The notes beneath the pieces are model-generated. The model was given only the letters and a program-made list of their open reading frames with translations, was not told where the DNA came from and made no database searches. Of a DNA stretch of 64,000 nt, positions 31,700-43,443 are shown one piece after another; positions within the stretch are counted from its first letter, which is position 1, and each line of letters starts with the position of its first letter. This DNA is from Candidatus Hermodarchaeota archaeon (GTDB lineage Archaea > Asgardarchaeota > Lokiarchaeia > Sigyniarchaeales > SOKP01): NCBI GenBank assembly GCA_048885925.1, contig JBHLLG010000011.1:9062-73061 (forward strand), in the 5' to 3' direction. Position numbers and translations under genes: made by a program.

Positions 31700-32167
31700 A
31701 TGGAACTTTACAAATTTTTACCTAAAACCAATTGCAAAAAGTGTGGAAAACCTACTTGTATGGCGTTTGCATTAGATTTATTACAAGGAAAGGTAAAAAT
31801 AGATGATTGTACCCCCCTTTTAGAACCTAAATACAAAAAGAATTATGACACATTGAAGGAATTGATAGGTGCTGAAGAGGGAAAAGAAAAGGAGCTCAAA
31901 ATTGATGTTGATAATGATCTATGTGATGGGTGTGGAATATGCGTAACTGTATGTCCTGTAAATGCAAGGTATTGCCCTCCAACTTTAAGTGGAAAAGCAC
32001 CTGATTATCCACCAGAAAAACATCAATTATTTCAAGTTAAAGGTGGAAAATGTGAATTATTAGCAATTCAGCATTGCAGAAGAATTGAAGCGGAGGGAAG
32101 GGAAAGGGAATGCCGTGTTTGTGAGACATATTGTCCACGAGAGGCTATAAAAATAGATTATGTTTAA
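31700..32167 (+). CDS. Fe-S domain fused to FwdG-like ferredoxin
   Basis: LPKTNCKKCGKPTCMAFA plus CDGCGICVTVCP and CRVCETYCP; first gene of the fwd cluster. Confidence 0.75.
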   Translation: MELYKFLPKTNCKKCGKPTCMAFALDLLQGKVKIDDCTPLLEPKYKKNYDTLKELIGAEEGKEKELKIDVDNDLCDGCGICVTVCPVNARYCPPTLSGKAPDYPPEKHQLFQVKGGKCELLAIQHCRRIEAEGRERECRVCETYCPREAIKIDYV

Positions 32168-32185
32168 TTTTTCAGAGGTTATACA

Positions 32186-33481
32186 ATGGATCGTGTAGCA
32201 TGTAGTGGGTGTTCATTATTATGTGATGATATTTTAATTAGGACTGATGGATTATTTATAGATGAGGTAGTTGGAGCTTGTTTGAAAGGAAAAGAGCGCT
32301 TCGAGCAATGCACGGCACCAAATAGGATAACAAGCCCACAAATTAGAGTGGGAAATGAATATAAATCAGTAAAATTAGAAAAGGCGCTTGGAAAAATTTC
32401 TCAGATTCTTAAAACTTCCTCTAAACCATTGCTTTATGGATTCTCAAATTCAAGTTGTGAAGCCCAGTTAAAGGGATTGCAATTAGCTCAAAAAATAAAT
32501 GGATTTATAGATTCAAATGCAATTATCTGCCAAGGTCAAGTTCTTAATAAAGCAAAAGAGCATGGTCTAACTCTTACAACTCTTTCTGAAATTATTAATA
32601 AATCAGATTTATTTGTATTTTGGGGAGCAAATCCGGCTGAATCTATACCAAGACTCTTGAATAAAGCATTATTTTCAAGAGGTAAATTCCGAATGACTGG
32701 AAGGGAAATAAAAACCCTAATTATTATTGATCCAGTGAAAACAGCGTCTTTTAACACTATGGGTGTTCGAGATGTTGCGCTTTTAATCAACCCAAACAAA
32801 GATTATGAATTATTAGAAGCATTAAAAGAGGAGTGTTGTAAACAAGATAGTATCCCTCCAGAAGGAGTTGCTGGCCTTGATGCAGATGATATGAAAAGGT
32901 TTCTACTTCATTTATCTGGTGCTGAAAACGGTGTAATCTTTGTTGGACAAGGATTACTTAGACGTCAAAATAGTCACGATTTATTAAAAGAATTTCTAGA
33001 ATTAGTAGAAATCATTAATCAAAAGCAACAAAAAGGCCGTATTTCAGTAATATTAATGGGGGGTCATTTTAATATGAATGGATTTGACCATGTAGCACTC
33101 TCCAATTATGGAATAAATCATAGCCTTCAATTTTCTAATGGAAATGTTATAGAAAGTGAAGACACGATTGTTTCTAAAATCCAAAATGAAGATTTTGATT
33201 GTTCAATAATAGTTGGTACAGATCCAATTTCTCATTTCCCTTGGGAGTTAAGTAAAAAGTTTGCCTCAAAACCAATTATTGTGTTAGATAATAGAACATC
33301 TGGAGTAACATCACTTGCTGACGTTGTTTTACCCTCCGCGATTACTGGTATTGAGAGCAAGGGATTAGTTTATCGATTAGATCATGTACCACTCGAATTA
33401 AAAAAGATTCTTAATCCCCCATCTAATATTCTTTCGGATGAAGAATTGCTACAAAAAATAATAGAGACACTGGAGGGATGA
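32186..33481 (+). CDS. fwdB: Formylmethanofuran dehydrogenase subunit B (Cys form)
   Basis: CSGCSLLCDD, IICQG, FWGANPAES, GHFNMNG, YRLDHVP. Confidence 0.85.
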   Translation: MDRVACSGCSLLCDDILIRTDGLFIDEVVGACLKGKERFEQCTAPNRITSPQIRVGNEYKSVKLEKALGKISQILKTSSKPLLYGFSNSSCEAQLKGLQLAQKINGFIDSNAIICQGQVLNKAKEHGLTLTTLSEIINKSDLFVFWGANPAESIPRLLNKALFSRGKFRMTGREIKTLIIIDPVKTASFNTMGVRDVALLINPNKDYELLEALKEECCKQDSIPPEGVAGLDADDMKRFLLHLSGAENGVIFVGQGLLRRQNSHDLLKEFLELVEIINQKQQKGRISVILMGGHFNMNGFDHVALSNYGINHSLQFSNGNVIESEDTIVSKIQNEDFDCSIIVGTDPISHFPWELSKKFASKPIIVLDNRTSGVTSLADVVLPSAITGIESKGLVYRLDHVPLELKKILNPPSNILSDEELLQKIIETLEG

Positions 33482-33488
33482 TGATTAT

Positions 33489-33869
33489 ATGAAATTTATA
33501 CTCAATATACAGCGTAAAGTAGATTATGATCAAGCAAAAGAACTAACATTCGGAGATAACATCTCTTTGAAAGAAAAACTTGCTATAGCTATTTTAAATC
33601 CAAATGATTACAAAAAATTAAATTTAACCAAAGATACCCGAGTAAATTTGATAAGTCAATATGGTCAAGTTATAGTTTCTCCAAAGGAAGAGAAAGGAGT
33701 TCCCGAAGGTATGATCATTATGCCTGTAAGTATTTGGGCAAATAAAATAACAGGAATCGAAAAGGATCAATTAGTTTTTAAAAATATTGAAATATTGGTA
33801 GAAGCTTCAGATAAACCGATATTAACATTCCAAGAGCTAATTCAAGAAATATCTTCGAGGGTGAGATAG
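33489..33869 (+). CDS. fwdD: Formylmethanofuran dehydrogenase subunit D
   Basis: LNPNDYKKLNL...GMIIMPVSIWAN molybdopterin-dinucleotide-binding pattern; operon position. Confidence 0.8.
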   Translation: MKFILNIQRKVDYDQAKELTFGDNISLKEKLAIAILNPNDYKKLNLTKDTRVNLISQYGQVIVSPKEEKGVPEGMIIMPVSIWANKITGIEKDQLVFKNIEILVEASDKPILTFQELIQEISSRVR

Positions 33870-33871
33870 AG

Positions 33872-35527
33872 ATGGAAAAAATTATTATTAAAAATGGACA
33901 TGTATACGATCCATTAAACAATATTGGTGGAGAGATTAAAGATATTCTTATCGAGAACGGAAAGGTCGTAGATAAGTTTTCTAATGAATCGAATGTAAAG
34001 GAGATAAATGCTAAAAATAAAACAGTAATTCCTAGTGCCTTAGATATTCATACCCATATAGCTTCACACCAACTTAACTTTGTTCGATTACTTGGCTCAA
34101 AAAATCATTTATTTCAAGATTATTGGAAAGGACTTACTCTTAATCATATAGCACAGAGTTATATTAAGAATGGTTATACTTTTATTTTAGAAGCTAATGT
34201 ATTTCCTTCTTTAGCGAAAACCTCAATTTTTGATTTTCAACAACTCCCGGTTCTAGATAAGGCTATGCTTTTAAATATTAGCAATCTCTGGCAGTTAGAA
34301 TTAGAATTTCAGAATGGAAAAATTAAGGATATGGCTACATTTATACAGGATTTGCTAAGGAAAGTTAAAGCTTTTGGATTAAAAGCATATAATCCATTTG
34401 AAAATGAAGCTGAATGGAACTTCTTCTTACTAAGAGAGGATCTGACATCTAAAGGAAGATTATATAATTTCTCTGCATTAGATGTGTATGAAAATTTGAC
34501 AAAATGCGTGAATTATTTAGGATTACCCCATTCGGTTCATGCACATATTGAAGGTTATGAAACCGAACAGGCTAAAACAAACCTTTCTATTGTTCTTGAC
34601 AAAATAAACTCTTTAAATATTGAAAAGAATAGTAAATTAAAACGTTCACAGTTATTTCATTTAGCCCATGGTTCACATTATAATATTGATGGAGAAAATA
34701 CAGAGTTGCTTAAGATTATCAATAATTCTGATCGTTTTGATTTAGACCTCGGTATTATTACTTTCAATCCAATAAATCCCTTTATATCATCTGATAAACA
34801 TTTAATGAAAAAATTGAGAAATGAGGAAACAGACCATAAAATTATCCGTTATGCTGCTGAATTTGAGGGAGATAATTATTCAACTTTACGTTCCTTTAAA
34901 ACGTCCAACCCAGTTCATTGCAAAATATGGGCAAATGCTATTGAATTAGCTTTAAACATAAAAGATAAGTGGAAAATTCAGCTTACTGTTAATTATCCTA
35001 ATTATGGAGATATTAATGACATTCCTTTAGTTGCTACGTGGTTAATGAGTACAGAAGCAAGAACAAAATATATTAAGGATATGGCTCCTGAATTTTCCTC
35101 TAAAGAATTTTTAATCCAAAATGATCAAGTATTATCATTTAATGACTTTATTATTATTTCTAGGTCAAGTCCAGCAAAGTCATTGGGTTTAAGTGCGATA
35201 AAAGGAGGATTAGGTATAGGAACAGATGGAGATGTAAATATTCTAAATATAGATCTTAATGAAATCGATACCAATAAAGATTATGAGAAAGTAAGAAACT
35301 CCTTAACCAATATAGAATTTGTCATAAAAAACGGAATTGTAGTTAAAAGTGATGATAAAATCGATTTGAACTCTCATGGAAAGATTTTTTGGTCAGAGGG
35401 AACAACTGAGATTAAAGATGCATCATTTATTTTAAATAAAAAGAAAGAATTCTATCAGAAATATTATTCTATCTTCTATAAAACCTTAGAGACTTCAATT
35501 CCTAACGAACTTTTGAGGAAAGTTTGA
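33872..35527 (+). CDS. fwdA: Formylmethanofuran dehydrogenase subunit A (amidohydrolase)
   Basis: IKNGHVYDPLN, DIHTHI, GLKAYNP, LGLPHSVHAH. Confidence 0.85.
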   Translation: MEKIIIKNGHVYDPLNNIGGEIKDILIENGKVVDKFSNESNVKEINAKNKTVIPSALDIHTHIASHQLNFVRLLGSKNHLFQDYWKGLTLNHIAQSYIKNGYTFILEANVFPSLAKTSIFDFQQLPVLDKAMLLNISNLWQLELEFQNGKIKDMATFIQDLLRKVKAFGLKAYNPFENEAEWNFFLLREDLTSKGRLYNFSALDVYENLTKCVNYLGLPHSVHAHIEGYETEQAKTNLSIVLDKINSLNIEKNSKLKRSQLFHLAHGSHYNIDGENTELLKIINNSDRFDLDLGIITFNPINPFISSDKHLMKKLRNEETDHKIIRYAAEFEGDNYSTLRSFKTSNPVHCKIWANAIELALNIKDKWKIQLTVNYPNYGDINDIPLVATWLMSTEARTKYIKDMAPEFSSKEFLIQNDQVLSFNDFIIISRSSPAKSLGLSAIKGGLGIGTDGDVNILNIDLNEIDTNKDYEKVRNSLTNIEFVIKNGIVVKSDDKIDLNSHGKIFWSEGTTEIKDASFILNKKKEFYQKYYSIFYKTLETSIPNELLRKV

Positions 35528-35908
35528 GAATTTTCATTTTAAATTAACTTTTATGGTATATAAAATGAAAATATAAAGAAAAAATCAATTCTTTCTTAAT
35601 TCTCTAAATTTAAGGATATTTTTAAAATATAACTATTATTAGATTTGAAATTATTTAAATTAAATAAATATCAAATAATTCTTAGAAAGTTAAATCTTTA
35701 TACTTTTTAGTTCTTATTTTTAGTTATATTTTGAATATGTTAGAAATGGTTGAAGGCTTTAAAGATAGAGATGAAATTTTTAAAAATAGAATTATTAAAG
35801 ATGATAATGAAATTAATTTAATAGAAAGAGAAGCTATAAAAAAAATCTTATTATCTGAAATAAAGTAAAAGAATTTTTAATAAGTTATTTTATTTATTTA
35901 ACCTTAAA

Positions 35909-37111
35909 TCAGACATTGCTTTGGTAATTGTTTATAATTTGCTTTTTAAAAGATCTTACTACGATTATTATACCCAATAAAATAAAGACAATTAGGATGT
36001 TAATTATGTATCCATATATTTTAGGCTCTGTAGTGCCTTCTGGATTGCTTTTCAACAATATATTTCCATAAATATAATTATGGTTACTATTTTCTAAGTA
36101 AAACCAAGATTCAGAATTTTGAGCTATTGAAAGTGAAGAAGAAGTTGAGCTATTAGACTCCTGAAAATTATTTGATATTTCATTCCCAACACAATTTTGT
36201 TCGTTAATTATAAAATCTCCATATGGATTGGAGTAATCTGCATAATCTCCGGCAAAAACATTAAAAGTCACATAACTGTAATTAGTATCTACAAGATAAA
36301 TTCCAGTGTCAGGAAAATGTCCAAATAGAGTATTCTTTATAAAATTTCTATTGATTGTATCATTTACACTGTTATAGACAACAATTCCACTATAATGATT
36401 AATTATGGTATTATTCTCTACAATATTATCACAACTACCATTTCCATTTCCATATCCTCCTAGAGATATTCCACACCCTAGACCCACCTCTGCATCATGA
36501 TTGCTCAAGATTCTATTAAATGAAATTGTGTTATTATGACTCTCGAATAATTGTATTGATCCGCGATTATAAGTTAAATTATTATTTAAAAGAACTCCAT
36601 TCGTAGTATTATATAAGAAAATGCCAGCATTCCAATCTGCGTAAACTCCAGATTTATGTAAACTACAGTTTCTAATAATAAAATGAACTCTAGAATGCCT
36701 AATAAGTATATTAGAATAATATGAGTAATCCTTTCCTACAAATTTACCATCAATGTATACATTTTCGATTACATAAGGGTCTTCTTTAGTTCCAGTACCA
36801 TTACACCAAGGATATGCTGCTGCTGTTTCACTCCAGGTAAAATTTTTAAGTGTATCATCTATTAATATCCCTGCGATGGTTTTATATTTTTCTTCAGTAT
36901 AAAGATCTCCATAATGAGTTATATTCGTCGTCATAAAGGTTCCAGTTAAATCCCAGAAAGATGAGGTTCTTGGTTGTTTTTTTGGATAAAGATTATTTGC
37001 TGTAAGATCTTGAGGTTGGACTTCGATCGTTATAATACTTAAAATTTGCATTAAAGTAAATATAATACAAATTATTGATATTATCTTTTTAATACCGAAA
37101 ATTTTTGTCAT
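35909..37111 (-). CDS. NosD/CASH beta-helix surface protein
   Basis: YPWCNGTGTKEDPYVIENV; signal peptide and C-terminal TM. Confidence 0.8.
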   Translation of the reverse strand: MTKIFGIKKIISIICIIFTLMQILSIITIEVQPQDLTANNLYPKKQPRTSSFWDLTGTFMTTNITHYGDLYTEEKYKTIAGILIDDTLKNFTWSETAAAYPWCNGTGTKEDPYVIENVYIDGKFVGKDYSYYSNILIRHSRVHFIIRNCSLHKSGVYADWNAGIFLYNTTNGVLLNNNLTYNRGSIQLFESHNNTISFNRILSNHDAEVGLGCGISLGGYGNGNGSCDNIVENNTIINHYSGIVVYNSVNDTINRNFIKNTLFGHFPDTGIYLVDTNYSYVTFNVFAGDYADYSNPYGDFIINEQNCVGNEISNNFQESNSSTSSSLSIAQNSESWFYLENSNHNYIYGNILLKSNPEGTTEPKIYGYIINILIVFILLGIIIVVRSFKKQIINNYQSNV

Positions 37112-37202
37112 AATCCATATATTGAATTATTATCTTTTAATCGTTTTTTTCAATAATTAAACTACATCTAAAAATAAGCCTAAAATTAATTATAATTTAT
37201 TT

Positions 37203-38627
37203 TTAATAATTTAAACCCTTAAAATGCTGGACGGTTGTATACATATTTTTTCCACCCTTTCGAAGGTAATCCATAGCTTCCTCAATCCCTTCAACAGTTA
37301 AATCAAACATAGGGATAATACTTGAAATTATTTTGCGCGTCCAAGGTGCCCATTCAGGTCTAATAAGCTCTGGATTTAACCAGACTATATTGTTTTTAAA
37401 ATGATTTGCGATTTCTTTAATGTAATAAATTCCTGGTAGTTCATTTCGGTGATAATAATATATAGAGCCATATTTTTCCGTTAATTCCCAACTCGCCATA
37501 GCAGCATCCCCGACAATGACTACTTTATATTTATCATTATATTTTCTTAAAAATTCATTAAATTCAATTGCTTCATCGGGATTTCTACGAGCATTGAAGT
37601 AAAGTGATTCATAAAGGCAATTATGGAAATAGTAATATTTAAATTCGCGCCAATGAGACATATTATTGGCTGCTGAGAAGAGAAGGTTAACCAAATGAGC
37701 ATAAGGAGTCATACTTCCTCCAACATCCATTAAAAGAATCATCCTGACGTCATTTTTCCTTTTTTTATCAAATATTATTTCAATATCGCCACAATTTTTA
37801 GCAGTCTTGTCAATAGTTTTATCGAGGTCAAGTTCATCTTTCTTCCCGATTTCTTCAAGTTTTTTAAGTCTTTTTAAAGCAACCTTAATTTGTCTCGTAT
37901 CTAACACAATATCTTTTCGATAATCTTTAAAAATCCTTTTTTGAGCGATTTGTACTGCCATTCGAGCGCCAGAAGATCCACCTATTCTCATACCCATAGG
38001 ATTTTGGCCTCCATGACCAAATGGGGATGCTCCCTGTGTACCAATCCAATGATCCCCTCCATGATGCTCTTCATTTTGTTTTTCCATTAACTCCTCGAAT
38101 CTCTTTTGCATTTCTTCGAGATCAAAGAATTGGCTTATCATTTCTTGAAAATTTCCACTTAAGGCTGTCATATCAAAATTTTTTTCTAACCATTTCCAAA
38201 TTTCGTCTTTTATTTCATTTGGAGCATTAATTGCCACGAAATCACCAAATTCTGCCCCGTACTTTTTCAATAAATCATCGAGAAATTGTTCTAAATCCTC
38301 TATATTAAGATATTGCTGATATTCTCTTAAAATTATTTTTAAACCTTCAATTAACTCTGGTATTGTAATTTCTTTATTTAACCAATCCCAAATTTCCTGT
38401 TTTATATCCTCAGGGAAATTAACCATTGCCTCTTTAAAGAAGTTGGCAAATGCTATATCATAGATATCAAAATGATGTTCAGTTTTGCATAAGATTGACC
38501 GAGAGGTATAGTAGAACTCAACCATATTATGGATTAGACCCTTATCTAATGCTTCCATAAGAGTCATATATTCAGTTATACTTACAGGCAACCGTTCCTT
38601 TAGATAATAAAAGAATTCTACAAACAT
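37203..38627 (-). CDS. vWA-domain CoxE-like protein
   Basis: HHGGDHWIGTQGASPFGHGG, LLMDVGGSM, YFHNC, VGDAAM, VWLNP. Confidence 0.85.
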   Translation of the reverse strand: MFVEFFYYLKERLPVSITEYMTLMEALDKGLIHNMVEFYYTSRSILCKTEHHFDIYDIAFANFFKEAMVNFPEDIKQEIWDWLNKEITIPELIEGLKIILREYQQYLNIEDLEQFLDDLLKKYGAEFGDFVAINAPNEIKDEIWKWLEKNFDMTALSGNFQEMISQFFDLEEMQKRFEELMEKQNEEHHGGDHWIGTQGASPFGHGGQNPMGMRIGGSSGARMAVQIAQKRIFKDYRKDIVLDTRQIKVALKRLKKLEEIGKKDELDLDKTIDKTAKNCGDIEIIFDKKRKNDVRMILLMDVGGSMTPYAHLVNLLFSAANNMSHWREFKYYYFHNCLYESLYFNARRNPDEAIEFNEFLRKYNDKYKVVIVGDAAMASWELTEKYGSIYYYHRNELPGIYYIKEIANHFKNNIVWLNPELIRPEWAPWTRKIISSIIPMFDLTVEGIEEAMDYLRKGGKNMYTTVQHFKGLNY

Positions 38628-38752
38628 TAACTAGAAATTTCTAATTCATTCTCTATTAATTTAGTATAATAATTAATTAAATATAGGTTTATGTAATAAT
38701 TGTAAAAAATACTTACAGTCAAAAATTATTTATCATCAAAAATCTTGAATTA

Positions 38753-39118
38753 CTAAAACCATTGCGTCGCATCTACTTCTAATACTAAATCATTTAACGT
38801 AGCAGCTCCCACAATTTTAACTCCTGGAATTAATTCTACTTTTTCCCAACCTAACATTCTTTTTGAAGCTTCACAGACTAATATTTCAATACCCATATCC
38901 AATGTTTTATTAATCATTTCTTTCACACTAGGAAAATTGCCAAGTTTAATTCTTTCAGCCTCACCAGGCTTTAAAATTCTTAATCCTGTACCTAAATAAT
39001 AAATAGTTGCATCAAGATCCATTGCTTTAGCAGTTTGAGCTAATACTAATGGTGAATATTGTCGCTCTGGATTATCACTGGTTTGTACATATAAGATGCG
39101 TTTTTTATTTTCAGTAAT
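38753..39118 (-). CDS. DsrE-family protein (probable ATT start)
   Basis: KRILYVQTSDNPERQYSPLVLAQTAKAM...ILVCEAS...VGAAT; SD GGTGG at 39125-39129. Confidence 0.8.
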   Translation of the reverse strand: MTENKKRILYVQTSDNPERQYSPLVLAQTAKAMDLDATIYYLGTGLRILKPGEAERIKLGNFPSVKEMINKTLDMGIEILVCEASKRMLGWEKVELIPGVKIVGAATLNDLVLEVDATQWF

Positions 39119-39312
39119 AATTAACCACCTTTTAATTTATTATTTTTATATTTAATAATCAAGTTTATCAATAAATTAATGCTATAATGTTATAATATCA
39201 TCAATTAATAAATCTCGTCATTATATTTCAAAAAAAAAAGGAGGATTTATAAAAATAAAATATTGAAGATCTATTAAAAAATAAATATTATATCACCTTA
39301 TTTCATTAATAT

Positions 39313-41574
39313 TTACCTATAAATCCCTTCTGGCAATTCTTTGATAGCTTCCTTGTATGATCTGTTGGCTTTATCTGCGCCTTTTTTAATTTTTTCAATT
39401 GCTCTATCAAAATCTTCCTGATTAATTTTAATTTGTGAATAAGATTTAGGATTTAATGGGTCAATGTTAGTTTGAAAAACTCCTTTTCGAATTGCTAAAA
39501 TAGTAGCTTCCTCACATACTGCCTTTATATCAGCACCACTATAACCTTCTAATTTCTCAGCTAGTAATTCTATATTAATATCATCACTAATAGGACGTTC
39601 TTTCAAATGTATTTCAAATATTTTTTTACGTGAATTCTTATCTGGTAAAGAAATTTCAATATGTCTCCCAAATCTACCTGATCTTAATAAAGCAGGGTCA
39701 AGTAGATCAGGTCTATTTGTAGCTGCGATCAATATTACATCTTTAAGTTCTTCTAAACCATCCATTTCGGTTAGAAGTTGTGCTACAACTTGTTCTGTTA
39801 CTTTTGAATCTGAGGAATCTGAACGTCTAGATGCGATAGCATCTATTTCATCAAAGAAAATAATACAAGGAGTTGCAGATCTTGCTTTTCGAAAGGTTTC
39901 TCTTACAGCTTTTGCGCTTTCACCTACCCATTTAGATATAAATTCTGGACCTTTAACTGAGATAAAGTTAGCTTCAGTTTCATGTGCAAGAGCCTTTACT
40001 AGTAATGTTTTACCAGTACCAGGAAGCCCGAATAACAAGATACCATTTGGGGGTCTTGATTTCATATGTTTATAAAAACCAAGATAAAGTAATGGCCATT
40101 CAATAATTTCTTTTAATTGTTGTATTGCATCTTCTAATCCACCTATTTCATCCCATCTTTCTGAAGGTTGAGTAATAAAGACTTCTCTTAATGCTGATGG
40201 TTCAATAGAATTTAATGATTCAATAAAATGTTTCATTTTAATCTTTAATCGATTTAGAACTTCTTCGGGGATTGGTTTATCAAGATCAATTTCTGGAAGT
40301 ATTTCTCTAATAGCAAGCATAGCGGATTCTTTACAAAGTGATTTTATATCTGCACCGACAAAACCATGGGTTTTCTCAGCAATAAATCTCAAATTCACTT
40401 CTTCATCTAAAGGCATTCCTCTAGTATGAATTAATAAAATTTCATATCTCCCATTAGTGTCCGGAACTTTAATTTCAATTTCTCTATCAAATCTGCCTGG
40501 TCTTCTTAAAGCAATATCAATATTGTTTACTTTATTTGTAGCTCCAATAATAATAGTTTCTCCTCTGCTTTTCAAACCATCCATGAGAGATAATAATTGG
40601 GCAACTACTCGTGATTCAACTTGATTTTTACTTTCATCTCTTTTTGGTGCAATAGAGTCCAATTCATCAAGAAAAATTATTGAAGTTGCATTTTCTTTAG
40701 CTTCTTGAAAAATATTTCTAAGGTTTTCTTCACTTTGCCCAAAAAATTTACTCATAATCTCAGGACCACTAATAGTAATAAAATGAGCATCAGTTTCAGA
40801 AGCAACTGCTTTTGCAATTAAAGTCTTTCCTGTACCAGGGGGTCCATATAACAATATTCCTTTTGGAGGATCAATACCTATTCGTTCAAAAAGTTCTGGA
40901 TGACGTATGGGAAGTTCAATAATCTCTCTAATTTTCTGAATTGTTTCTTCTAATCCTCCAATATCCTCATAAGTAACTCTTTCACTTATCTTTTGGAGCT
41001 TTTTTTCTATGTCACTTATTCCTTCATATTTTACTACTTTCTTTTTTACTTCAATATAATCATGGGATGTTTCTGTAAACGAAATTTTAGTATTTAGATT
41101 AATTTTAACTGCTTCAGTTTTTGGCAAGTAATTAACAACTACCAGATCAATTCTATGCCCCATTGCGTAAAAACTAAGACTATCACCAAGTGTTACAACT
41201 CTTTTTTCTAATTTTCTTGCTAATGCTTGAGGATCACGTGGGATTAATGAATTATTTAAACCAGTAAAGATTATATTTTCAGCAAAATCAGCATTGATCT
41301 TCTTAATTTCCACGAGATCATCAATAGAGGCAGCTAAGTTTCTTCTTAAGGATGGATCCATCCTAATAATTTGCTTTCCTTTATCTTCATTTCTTCCTGA
41401 AGACAATAAAGCAACAGTAATTTTTTTTACAAAGGGATGGGAAATTCGAATTGTATCACCAACCTTTAAATTTAATTTACTTATTATACTGGGATCTATT
41501 CTTATTATTCCTCTACCCGCATCCTCTTTAAAAGCATCCTTGATCCTTAACTTATATTCCGGTGTTGTACTCAT
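39313..41574 (-). CDS. cdc48: CDC48/VAT AAA+ ATPase
   Basis: N-domain [10 protein letters not shown] plus two AAA domains ([25 protein letters not shown]). Confidence 0.95.
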   Translation of the reverse strand: MSTTPEYKLRIKDAFKEDAGRGIIRIDPSIISKLNLKVGDTIRISHPFVKKITVALLSSGRNEDKGKQIIRMDPSLRRNLAASIDDLVEIKKINADFAENIIFTGLNNSLIPRDPQALARKLEKRVVTLGDSLSFYAMGHRIDLVVVNYLPKTEAVKINLNTKISFTETSHDYIEVKKKVVKYEGISDIEKKLQKISERVTYEDIGGLEETIQKIREIIELPIRHPELFERIGIDPPKGILLYGPPGTGKTLIAKAVASETDAHFITISGPEIMSKFFGQSEENLRNIFQEAKENATSIIFLDELDSIAPKRDESKNQVESRVVAQLLSLMDGLKSRGETIIIGATNKVNNIDIALRRPGRFDREIEIKVPDTNGRYEILLIHTRGMPLDEEVNLRFIAEKTHGFVGADIKSLCKESAMLAIREILPEIDLDKPIPEEVLNRLKIKMKHFIESLNSIEPSALREVFITQPSERWDEIGGLEDAIQQLKEIIEWPLLYLGFYKHMKSRPPNGILLFGLPGTGKTLLVKALAHETEANFISVKGPEFISKWVGESAKAVRETFRKARSATPCIIFFDEIDAIASRRSDSSDSKVTEQVVAQLLTEMDGLEELKDVILIAATNRPDLLDPALLRSGRFGRHIEISLPDKNSRKKIFEIHLKERPISDDINIELLAEKLEGYSGADIKAVCEEATILAIRKGVFQTNIDPLNPKSYSQIKINQEDFDRAIEKIKKGADKANRSYKEAIKELPEGIYR

Positions 41575-41661
41575 ATAAACTCACTTCCCTTTGGTAAATT
41601 TATGGTTCATTAAATTTACAAAGTAAAATAAAAAATTATTTTGAATTAGATTGCGAGTTAT

Positions 41662-42648
41662 TTATTTTTCAAGAAGTTCCTTTGCAATTTCGAATGCATA
41701 ATTATAATCAAATACTTTCAAACCCTTTGTATTAGCAGCTTCTTTTAAAATTTGACTTTCTGAATCTGCTTTTAAACGTCCTAGAGCCAATGCTCCGATT
41801 CCAAAAATTCCTGGATAAATTTCATCATTCTTATGTTTGGGTTTAATACCATCAATACCATAAGGTGGAACCAAATTAATATCTACAACAATTTTCTTGC
41901 CATTTAATTTTTTCATTAATTCTTCATTTAAAATCTCAACACCCGCTGCAGCTAATGACCATATAATCTCAGCATTCTTTACGACATTAAATCTCTCTTC
42001 TAATTTAGGAGCAAAAACACCCTTAATTTTTATTGTTTGATCCCCTATCTCTTCATTAAGTTCTGTTACTAGTTGTTTAATGAAATATTCATTAGATTTG
42101 TCCCAAGTTTCTACTAAATAAGTATTACACCCAATTCTAGCTGCTAAAATTGCCGCTATTTGCCCCACTGGACCTGCACCGAAAATTACAACTTTCTTAT
42201 CTTTTAAATCATTAAAGCCATGCTTCTTTTTAGCTATATCTATTGTCATAGCGACTACAGCAGAAGCAGTAGTATGAGATCCTCTTGGATCAATTATCAC
42301 AGGACATTCAAAAGGAGGAACCAACGACTTTATAACAGCCTTAGCTATTTTTTCTCCTTCTTTAACATCTGAACCTCCAATAAAAAAAGTAGTAGGCGCA
42401 TTTGGTTTACGTGAAAAAATTGCATCTTGTACCAATTTAGGTACATTCTCTGCTCTCATCTTACTTATTGGTATGACAATATCAAATCCTGAATCATATG
42501 CCATATTTATATCAAATGGTGAAGCATTGTCATCTGTATCAAAGAAATAACAAATCTTATCTGAAGTATCTTTCTTTTTAATAATGATAGGGGTCAATTC
42601 TATTATCGATTTCTTTCCAAGAATGCTTTCAACCTCTCTTTCTACCAT
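41662..42648 (-). CDS. NAD(P)-dependent methylene-H4MPT dehydrogenase (MtdA/MtdB family)
   Basis: SPFDINMAYDSGFD, LVQDAIFSR, DPRGSHTTASA, GAGPVG, DINLVPPYGI. Confidence 0.8.
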   Translation of the reverse strand: MVEREVESILGKKSIIELTPIIIKKKDTSDKICYFFDTDDNASPFDINMAYDSGFDIVIPISKMRAENVPKLVQDAIFSRKPNAPTTFFIGGSDVKEGEKIAKAVIKSLVPPFECPVIIDPRGSHTTASAVVAMTIDIAKKKHGFNDLKDKKVVIFGAGPVGQIAAILAARIGCNTYLVETWDKSNEYFIKQLVTELNEEIGDQTIKIKGVFAPKLEERFNVVKNAEIIWSLAAAGVEILNEELMKKLNGKKIVVDINLVPPYGIDGIKPKHKNDEIYPGIFGIGALALGRLKADSESQILKEAANTKGLKVFDYNYAFEIAKELLEK

Positions 42649-42689
42649 AATATCAACTCCTATTTTTATAAATTTAATAAAAAAAAATA

Positions 42690-43418
42690 TTAAGAAAGAT
42701 CAACTTCTAACTCTTTTTCAAAAACTTGCTCAACTGATTCTGTTTTAATAGTTCTTTCTATTCTCACTTGTTCGATTTCAATCCCTAATTCTTCTGAAAG
42801 TTTCCCAAGTCCAATAAAATGTCGTGGATCACATATAAACATACCAATAATTTTATTCCCTTCTATTTCTCTTGCAACATTTAATATTTTCATCATCATC
42901 CAAGCTTCTCTAACTTTATATCTTATTTCATCTTCTTGAGAATCATAGTCTTGTTTTAAATATTCTTTCCATAATACAATTCTCTGAAAAATGTCATCAT
43001 TTTCAGGAATATTTTGTTTAGTTTTCATAATTTCATTTATTCTTCGCTCAAGGTTTTTAATATGGATTCTATGCTCATCTAACGTGGAAGAGAGATATAA
43101 TTCCGCATTCTCTGAAATATCTGCATAATCAAAAGGAATTTTTCGATTTTTAAATAACAATCTAAGCGGTTCATTTGAATTCATGTCATTTTTCCACATA
43201 TTTGGCCTCTCTTCTAAAGCAAATTTAGGTTTGTATTTTTCAAGGAGTACATCAATCAATTGAAGATATTCCTTAGAAATTAAATGAAGATTCCAAAAAA
43301 GATCTTCTTTTAAATTTTTAGGAATTTCAAACCACCAATCGATAGGAAATTCACTCTCTACTAATACCAATTTTAAACTTTTATTTTTTAAAGGTTTTAA
43401 TTCTAAAACTTCAGGCAT
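42690..43418 (-). CDS. Hypothetical protein, weak TraB/ChaN-like motif
   Basis: REAWM...ICDPRHFIGL; N-terminus similar to the neighbouring gene. Confidence 0.6.
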   Translation of the reverse strand: MPEVLELKPLKNKSLKLVLVESEFPIDWWFEIPKNLKEDLFWNLHLISKEYLQLIDVLLEKYKPKFALEERPNMWKNDMNSNEPLRLLFKNRKIPFDYADISENAELYLSSTLDEHRIHIKNLERRINEIMKTKQNIPENDDIFQRIVLWKEYLKQDYDSQEDEIRYKVREAWMMMKILNVAREIEGNKIIGMFICDPRHFIGLGKLSEELGIEIEQVRIERTIKTESVEQVFEKELEVDLS

Positions 43419-43443
43419 TTAATATCCCCTCTTTTTATTTTTT

